From the human T2T-CHM13v2.0 reference genome, Homo sapiens: a stretch of 64,000 nt of DNA. The stretch lies in NCBI RefSeq assembly GCF_009914755.1, contig NC_060947.1; one strand, 5' to 3'. The translations under genes were made by a program, and so were the position numbers. Positions within the stretch are counted from its first letter, which is position 1; the number at the start of each line of letters is the position of its first letter. Shown here piece by piece: positions 53,733 to 64,000 of the stretch. The notes below the pieces were generated by a model that was not told the origin of the DNA, searched no databases, and worked only from the letters and a program-made list of their open reading frames with translations.

Positions 53733-55297
53733 CCAGCTCTTACTTTCACACATTCTACTTTCTGTCTACCGCCTCTTACCTTTCCAACTTGATACCTCTA
53801 TTACCCTGACTCCAGCAATCCTTCAACTGCAGTAAGACCCCCAACCCACTGATGTTACCAGTTTTTCACTGTCCCTCATCCCCTTGATGTTCTACCGCAT
53901 ACCCAGTTTAAATTCCATGGAGACTAATTATAACCACTCCCTTGTTCCTTGATTTTCCTGCCCTTCTTTTGCTTTATTGTATTCATCTGGCAAAACCTCA
54001 ACTCTGATTAAGTCCAACTTTCTACTGATTTTGGTGCTTACATCCACTCATCAGCTGAATGTGGCCAGAAAAAAATACATACAACTACTTGTTTTATTTT
54101 AAAACTTCATGAAATGGCCTTAGTGCTACTGGCAAGCATATTGCACTTCCGTAGTCATTCACTTTCTTACTTTTCTGAATGAATAGTTAATACCTTATCC
54201 CTTCTTCTCAACTCCCTAATACCTCCTCTCCTGAGCTCATAATTTGACACTGAGAATGGTTGAAGAGAAAAGAGGAACTAGCAAAGGAGAAAGAAAGAGT
54301 GACTCATGAGGTAGGATAAAAATAAGGATAATGTGGTGTCCTGGAAGCCAACTGTGTTTCAAGGAGGAAAGAGTGATCAACTGCATTGAATGTTGCTGAT
54401 AGGTCAAATACAATGAGGACTGAGAATTAACCACTGCAATTTACGATAAAGAGGTCATTGGTGACCTTGACAAAAGCAGTTTTGTTAGAGTGGTGGGGCA
54501 AAAGCCTGATTGGAGTAAGCTCAAGAGAGAATTGGAGACAGTAAATATAGGCAAATCTTTAGAGGAGTTTAACTACAAAGGGAAGAAGAGAAATTGGGGA
54601 GTAGTTGGTGAGAGAAGGAAGGTCAAGAGGTTTTCTTACTTTTTGTTTGTTTGATATGGGATAAATGAGCATGTTCATATGCTGATGGGAATAAACCAGT
54701 AAGAGAATAAAATGTTGACAAAGTGAGTGAGAAAAAGGCAAGAGGTGATAGAAACAAGTGTGTAAGTTTAGAGACTGGCTTTAGGAAGGAACATGATAGC
54801 TAATCTATGGTGGCAGTTGAGAAGGCAGACTATGTGGTGTGATTCCTGGTGTGTGAGTAGAGGTAGTAGGAATCTGTGGAAGTTCTCTTCCTGACTGCTT
54901 CAGTTTTCAGAACCTAGAATATCCACATTTTCTCTTGGGAGGTGGGGGAATGAATTTTGTAAAGGGATTTAAAGATAAGGTAGCTTATTTTAAAAGAAAA
55001 GAAAGCAATGTTTTGCCTGCTTAATACCCCACTCTCACTACCCTTGTCTAGACTCTCATTATTTTAAAACTGGATTATTATCACAGTCTCCCATTCTGTC
55101 CTACATATAATTTCTCCCCATTCATTTCCCCATGCACAACCCAAATTATTTTCCTAAAGCACTACTTTTACATAAATTACCATCAATATTTTCTTATTGT
55201 TTAGAGAATAAAATGTATATATAATCTTGTCACAGCTATTTCTTCTACTTTATCTCATACTCCTCCCCTATAGCATCAACATAATAATAAAAGTCAT

Positions 55298-55592
<295 letters not shown>

Positions 55593-56304
55593 GCCACTAT
55601 TACATCAGGCAAAACATCTGGAATGGTGGAAACATAAGCCCTCCATCACTTTAACCAAACACTGTGTCTCTCAAGCCAATCACATTCCTTTCTCCATGTC
55701 TTGTTTATACCATCTCTTCCTTTAAAAAAACATTCTTACTTATGTAAATGCTACTCTTTCCAAAGCCCAACTTAAGGTTTCCTTCCGCTGTAGAGACTTC
55801 CCAAATCGATTCTGGTTCTCAGTGCTCTCTTCCTACTCTGAATTTTGGTAATTTTTAACATATATATTAGCTATTTGGTCTTTATTCTATATACTTACAT
55901 AGAACTCTATATTCTGTAGACTTACTTTCCTAATGCATGGCTTGTCTGTTCAAATTGACTTGTGAGGTCCTGAAGGAACATATTTCTAGCATCTAGCCCA
56001 ATATCTTGCCCAAAGTAGTTGCTAAATACAGTTTGAATGATATGTATTTTGATGTTAGTGAGAAGGGTAATAGAACTCCTGAAGGAAGAAAAGTATTTGG
56101 CAGATGCAGATATGGAATGTATTTGTGCAGAATGGGGAAGAAGATGAAAGAGAGGAAACCCAAAAGCAATTATCTTTTTAAAGGAAGGTTTATAAATGTA
56201 CATTTGATGTAGAAAGCCAAAGAGAGCTACTGGAAGAAATATGGAACTGTAGTTCTGATCAGGAAGATGGTTTTCCTATTTAAAGTAGTTTTAAAAAGAA
56301 GATA

Positions 56305-56490
56305 AACTTAATAGTTTATAAAGCACATTTTCAGCCATCTTAATCGATTTTCATAACAATCCTGGAGGTAGGCATTATCTTTATTTTGCAAAGGATGAAA
56401 TTAAGATTTGAAGAAGTTAAGCACAGATTAAATGGCAGAGCCAGTATTCAAACCTAGTCTAAGAGCTCCACAGATGCTACTATGCTTTTC
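56305..56490 (-). mobile_element. MIR fragment
   Basis: cataacaatcctggaggtaggcattat…ggcagagccagtattcaaacctag. Confidence 0.6.
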
Positions 56491-56759
56491 CTAATTCAAT
56501 ATATTAATAAAACCAGAATTCTGTAGTAACAAACAGGGGTACAATTATTTATTACTTCTAAACTAATACTATTTTGTGGTTATGAACTCAAAGGATCTCC
56601 AGAAATTTAAACCATTTTGTTCAAATTGATGAGAAAGATAAGTTTCTATATAGATAGCTATTTATTGACATGGTATGGCATTTTGAATTTGGAGTTTCTT
56701 TTAAAAAATTAATGTTTTGCTACGTTTATTTTTATGTTGTTTTGAGCACAACTCTGTTA

Positions 56760-57125
<366 letters not shown>

Positions 57126-57379
57126 TCAAAGAAATTACATATCTATGGTTAATTATGCCACAATGAATTTGGAACTTATTTTAAGAACATTTTTAAAATG
57201 TTAGTATTCATAAAGTAATGTGAGTTGCTAAGCTTTCAAGGAGGATTTGAACACCAGAAAAATGCCCAACTGAGCAACTGCACATGCACTTCTGTGAATT
57301 TATCTTACGGATATATTTGCAAAAGTAAACAAATACACATAAGGATGTTCATCCAGCATTGTTTATAAGAGTAAAATAT

Positions 57380-57700
<321 letters not shown>

Positions 57701-58811
57701 CTAAATTCCATCATAATTAATGGGCAAAACACACTTTGGTACATCCATAATTTGAAATATAATACAGAATAAAATAAAAAATTGAGTAGCTGTGTGTTAT
57801 ATTCCATTATATTCTTAAAGGTGGAATATGACAAGTTAAATATGTGTACTATAGACTTCAAGCAACAAATAAATATTTGTTCAAACTAATAAGCAAAAAG
57901 GGAGATAAATGTAATCATAAAAATTCAATTAATCCAAAATAAAGCAGAAAAAAGGAAAAAGAGCAAATGGGACAAACAGAAGATAATTAATAAGATGCTA
58001 AATTTAAATCTATGTGTATCAATATCTATGTTAAATATAAATGACCAAATGACCAATTAAAAGGCAGAGATAGTAAGACTGAAAACAAAACAAAACACAT
58101 CTTTTAAATATATGCCACCTACAAGAAATACACTTTAAATATAAAAGCAAAATTGATTGAAAGAAGAGGATGGGATAATATACACTTAAGTGAAGGTAAT
58201 CAAAAGAAAGCTGGAGTGGCTATATTAATATCAGATAAAGTGAATTTCAGAGCAAAGAATATTATTGGCAATAAAAGGTTATTTCAAGACAATAATCAGT
58301 TTATCATGAGGACATAACTCTGAATGCTTATGCACCCAATAAAATTTCAAAATATAAGAAGCAAAAGCTGGTAGAACTGCAAGAAGAAATGAACAAATCC
58401 ACAATTATAGTTAAAGATTTCAATATCCTCTCTCAATAACTGATAGAATAGAAAATCAGCAAGGATTCAGTACACTTAACACTAAATCAACTTGATGTGG
58501 CTAACATTTATAACACATTCAACCCAACACCAGCAAAATGTATATTCCTCTCAAGTGCACATGAAATATTTACCAAGAAAAACAATATTCTAGGCCCTAG
58601 AACAAGTCTCAATATATTTAAAAGGATTAAAGTCATACAAAGTATGATCTTTGACTACAATGAAATGAAATTAAAAATCAACAAAAGAATGTTCTCTGGA
58701 AAATCTGCAAATATTTGGAAAATAAGTAACACATCTAAATAATCCACAAGTTTAAAAAGGAATCCAAAGTTAAATTGGAAAGTATTTGGAACCGAATTAA
58801 AATGAAAACAT

Positions 58812-59481
58812 CCTCTGCCAACCCTGATTCCACCCTGATTTTAGCCCAGTGAACTGATTTGGGACTGCGGCCTCCTGAACTGTAAGATAATGGATTGTGT
58901 TGTTGTAAGCTATTAACTTTGTGGTAATTTATTGGCAGCCTTTACAACAGCAGCAACAGGAAACTAATATGATATCCAAATGGTCCCTCCTTTGAGAGTA
59001 TTATAAATATCTCGAAAAGATCTCTGTTTTCCTTAATCCTCACCCTCGCATAAGTTTCAAAGCCTAACGTCATGGTGTCATCTATAAAGTTGTTAGTTCA
59101 CTGTAAAAGAACTGTTGAAATATAGACCATCATGTCACTTCCTCCGAATCAGAAGACTGTGTGTTGTGGAAATACTGTATGCAACAGGGAAGGCTATGTT
59201 TCCAAAGAGAAGTAAAGCCTTCCCCTTTGCATATGGTAAAGCTCAAGTAATTGTTGATACAAGGACAAATAAATGCATGGAGGAATGCAGGGGGAAAAAC
59301 AGCCATTGAAAATCAACAAGTAACTCAACCGTTTCTGTTTAATATTAGATGAGTTTCAGTGTTAAAACTCATTGTAAGACATAATATTAACAAATGGGAA
59401 AATCAATGCTTGGCTTCTAAATTAGCCTTTGTTTTCATTTGGGTCTAATAAAAATGCTAAAGGAAAACCTGAAAAAAAAAA
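58812..59481 (+). pseudogene. Orphan retrocopy: polyadenylated non-L1 transcript 3' end (MLT1 LTR fragment plus unique sequence)
   Basis: 13-bp TSD aaaatgaaaacat (58799-58811 / 59482-59494), TT/AAAA endonuclease site, AATAAA at 59447-59452, poly(A) from 59472. The host L1 is contiguous once the insert is removed. Confidence 0.8.
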
Positions 59482-59717
59482 AAAATGAAAACATGACATA
59501 TCAAAATTTGTGTATCGTCACTAAACAGTAATTAGATGATAATTTGTAGCATTAACTGTCCAGATAGACCAGAATAAAGGTCTTAAATCAATGACCTCAG
59601 TGTTCACCTTTAGAAATAAGAAGAAGTAGAGCAAATGGAACTCAAAGAAAGCAGAAGAATGGATATGATAAAGATCAGAACGTAAATAAATTAAATAGAA
59701 ATCAGATAAAAACAATA

Positions 59718-59955
59718 GAGGCCAAGGTAGGAGGATCGTTTGAGCCCAGGAGTTTGAGACCAGCCTGGGCAACATGGTGAGACCCTATCTCTACAAAAAA
59801 GTTTTAAAATGAGCTAGGTGTAGTGGCATGCACCTGTGGTCCCAGCTACTCGGGAGGATGAGGCAGGAGGATAAACTGAGCCTGGGAGGCCAAGGCTGTA
59901 GTGAGCTGTGTTCGTTTTTTTGAGACTCTATCAAAAACAAAAACAAAAACAAAAC
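59718..59955 (+). mobile_element. AluJ, 5'-truncated
   Basis: ggaggatcgtttgagcccagg diagnostic, (AAAAAC)n tail. Confidence 0.88.
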
Positions 59956-60969
59956 TGATAGAGAAAAATTAGTAAAACCAAAAGCTGGGTTCTTTGAGAA
60001 GATCAATAAAATTGACCTTCTACACTGATTGATCCTTTAGTTACACTGACCAGGAAGAAAAATAGAGAAGACATAAATTACAAATATCAGAAATAAGAAA
60101 GGTTACAGGTGTTAAAAGGATAATATGGGGGATATTATGAACAACTTTAGGCCCATAATTTCAACAACTTAGATGAAACAAATTTTTGAAAGACACAAAC
60201 CACCAAAGCTAAATCAATAAATAATAGATAACTTGAATAGCCCTATATCTATTAAAGACATTTAATTTATAATTAAAAACCTTTGCATAAAGAAAACTCC
60301 AGTCCCAGATGGCTTCACTGGTGAAATCTACCAAAAACATTTGAGGAAGAAATAATATCATTTCAACACAAACTCTTCCAGAAAACTGAAAAGGAGAATA
60401 TACTTCCCAATTCACCCTATGAAGTCAGTATTACTCTGATAGCAAAACCAAAAACATTACAGGAATATAAAACTACAAACCAATTTCATTCATGAACATA
60501 GATACACATATTCTAAACAAACCATTAGCAAATCAAATTATATAAAAAGGAGTATACATCATGATCAAGTGGGGCTTGTTCCAGAAATACAGCATTGGTT
60601 TAACATTTGAAAATCAATTAATGTAACTGACTATATTAACAATTTTTTAAAAATTGACCATTTCAACAGATGCAGAAAACCATACAACCAAATTCAACAT
60701 CCATTCCTTACCCCTCCCACCACCAAATGGAACTCCCTCAACCTGATAAAGGATATCTGTGAAAAACCTACAGCTAACATACTTACTGGTGGAAGACTGA
60801 ATGCTTTCCCCCTAAAATCAGGAAAAAGATAAGGATGTCCACTCTCATCAGTTTTACTCAAATTTTACTGGAGAATCTAACAAGAGCAACAAAGCAAGAA
60901 AAAAATAAATTGCACCCAGATTGAAAAAGAAGTGAAATTATCTTTACCCACAGGCAACATGATTGTCTA

Positions 60970-61353
<384 letters not shown>

Positions 61354-62364
61354 CTAATAAGTGAGTTTACCAAAGTTGTGGGATATAAGATCAATATACA
61401 AGAAATCATTTGTATTTCTACATATCAACAATAAGCAATCGGAAACCAAATTTTTTTAAAATGCCATTTAAAATAGCATAAAATATAGTGTACTTAGGGA
61501 TAAATCTGACAAAAGATGCAGAAGACAGGTACAATGAAAAGTAGAAAACATTGCTGAGAGAAATTAAAGACCTAAATAAATGGAGGTATGTAAGTTGTTC
61601 GTGGTTTGGAAGACTCAGCAACGTTGTTAAGATGTCAGTTATCCCCAAGCTGATCTATAGATTCAATGTAATACGAATCAAAATTCATTTATGCAAAACT
61701 TAAAATAATGATTCTAAAATTCATATGGATATACAAAGGCCTTGGAATAGCCAAAACAATTAGAAAGAGAACAAAGTTGGGGTTCAAATTTATTACATAG
61801 CTACACTAATAAAGACAGCATGGGAATAGTGTAAGGATGGATTTGTTAAAGTTGACTTCAAATTTATTACATAGCTACACTGATAAAGACAGTATGGGAA
61901 TAGCGTAAGGATGGATGAATAGAAGAATGGAATGGAATAGAGTCCAGAAAGAGATCCACACATATATGACAACTAATTTCTGATAAAGGCACAAAGGCAA
62001 TTCAACAGAGAAAGAATAGTTTGTTAAACAAATGATGCTGGAACAATTGGATAGTCATGTGCAAAAAAAAAAAAAAATTTTCAATCCATACCTTGAACCA
62101 AATACAAAAATTAACTAAAAATTGTTCATAGACATAAATGTAAACCTAAAACTGTAAAATTTCTTGAAGAAAACATGAGACCTTTTCTGTCACCTTGCAG
62201 TAGGCAAAGATTTCTCAACTACAATGCCAAAAGCACAATCCATAAAAGAAGAAAAATAAATAGGACTATGTCGAAATTTAAAACTTCTGTTCATGAAAGA
62301 CGGTGTTAATAAAAAGAAAAAATTTGCAAAATACATGTCTGATAAAGAGCTTGTGTCCACTGAA

Positions 62365-64000
62365 CATCAACAAGATGGTGGAATAGGACTTTCCAGCGCT
62401 CATTCCCCACAAGAACATCAATTTGAACAACTATCCACACATGGAAATACCTCCACAAGAGCTAGGAAAACTAGGTGAGAGATTGCAGCACCTGGCTGTG
62501 GCACAGAAATAGAAAAGATGCATTGAAGAGTGTAGGAACAACAGCTTTTTAATACCCATGTCACCCCTCCCCCAACCCCAGGCCATAGAGCATGAAGACA
62601 GATATCCTCCACTTAGGGGAAGAAGAGGAAAGTGAGTACTGGAATTTACCTCAGACCACAACAATGGGCTGGCGGCAGTAAAACTCATCACTGGGCAGGC
62701 CCCCATGGCCCCAGACTCCAGGTCATATCCTGCAGACCCAGGCTCCAGACCTGCCCGAAGGACTTGATCTCTAGGACTGCCACATCACCAGGCCAACCCC
62801 AGCGGATTCAGGCTCCAGACTGGCCCCAGTGCTGGACCAGACCCATTAGCCCCAGGCTTTGGGCCTGTCCCAGTGCCATAGCAGTCCTAACAGACTCAGG
62901 CTTTAGATGCAGTCTCTATCCTTAGGACGAGGCTGACATCAGTAGTTCCAGGCACCAGATTGCTGCCAGTATGAAGCTGGATCCCCCGTAGCCCCAGGCT
63001 TCAGGTCTGTCTCAGCACTAGGCCAGCCCCACAGCCCTAGTCATCAGGTCAGCACCCATGGACCCAGCCTCTAGGCTGCTCCTTGTAGATATAGGATCCA
63101 GGCCTACTCAGTGCCAGGCCAGCCCCTGCAGCCCCAGGATCCAGGCATACCCCAGGTTTTCAGACCACCTCAGAGCTAGGTCAGCCCACACAGCCCCAGG
63201 CTACAGGCCTGCCCCAATACCAGATCTGTACCCCTGGCCATAGGTACGAGGCTGGCACTCATGAACACAGCCTTCACGCCTGCTTATGTCACTCCACACT
63301 CCAGTGGAGCCACGGTCCAAGTCTGCTCCAGCAGACCAAGGGTCCAAGCCAATTTAGACCCTAGGGATGGGCTGGCCCCCATGGATCAAAGCCTCAGCAC
63401 TTCCCCTATGCAGCCAGGTTCCAGGACAGCTCCTGCAGCTCCAGGACCCAGGTCAGACCTCACAGACCTAGCCTCCAGGCTAGCATACACACATCCATCC
63501 CCCAGGCTGGCCCCCACAGACCCAGGCCCCAGGCAGGTCCCCACAGCCCCACACACTAGGCCAGCCAGTGTGTCTCCAAATAGCAATTTAGTACCAACAA
63601 TCCCAGGCTTCAAGGCAGTCCTTGTGGCCCGAGGCTCCACATCTGCCCCAACTCCAGGCCAGCTCCAGGCTCTAGGACTGTCTCAGTGGCCCCAAGCTCC
63701 AGTAGACCCAGGGTCCAGGCCTGCTGCAGTAGGCCAAGGGTCTAGTACCACCCCAGTAGACCCAGGTGCCAGGCTAGCCCCCATGGACTGAGGCTCTAAA
63801 ACCACCCCTAAAAACCAAGGTTCCAGGCCAGCACCCACTGACCTAGGACTGAGGCCTGCCCTAGTCCTCAGGCTTGAGGCCCACCCCAGTGCCAGGCCAA
63901 CCCCTACAGACTCAGGCTCCAGGCCTATCCCAGGGGACCCAGGCACAAGGCCCATTCCCACCTGGCTGGCTCTTGCAGATTCAGACTCACCACTTTAGTG
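62365..64000 (+). mobile_element. L1M 5' UTR with a degenerate GC-rich ~27-bp tandem array (62690 to window end)
   Basis: Starts caagatggtggaatagg…aacatcaatttgaacaactatccacac, followed by repeated gacccagg(c/t)tccaggcc…cccc units. Confidence 0.75.

Noticed and set aside
63261-63791. 176-aa Pro-rich ORF, or a CRISPR-like array
   Set aside because: By-product of a 3n-period degenerate repeat in an L1 5'UTR. There is no constant repeat with unique spacers and no cas genes, and the DNA is human.

Overview
Human genomic DNA. The protein matches human TEX11 as I recall it, and a human-specific AluYb8 is present. The window covers an internal part of the X-linked meiotic gene TEX11 (ZIP4 orthologue) on the minus strand. 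Eight coding exons (57085 down to 19122) can be delimited by AG/GT boundaries and splice into one continuous frame. The rest is intron, dominated by transposable elements: several L1 generations, about 24 Alus, a 5'-truncated SVA, THE1/MST MaLR elements, an ERVL (MER21-like) remnant, L2/MIR, and hAT MITEs. I see no evidence for a new multi-gene system. The most unusual item is a ~670-bp polyadenylated orphan retrocopy with a target-site duplication (TSD) at 58812-59481, which is neither L1 nor Alu. Also notable are two independent twin-primed 5'-inverted L1s (one with a fold-back templated junction and a nested SVA), an L1 with both ends and TSD but no ORF2, and an apparent local inversion inside an L2. 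Repeat subfamily names come from recalled consensus sequences, and repeat boundaries are approximate unless a TSD is quoted.
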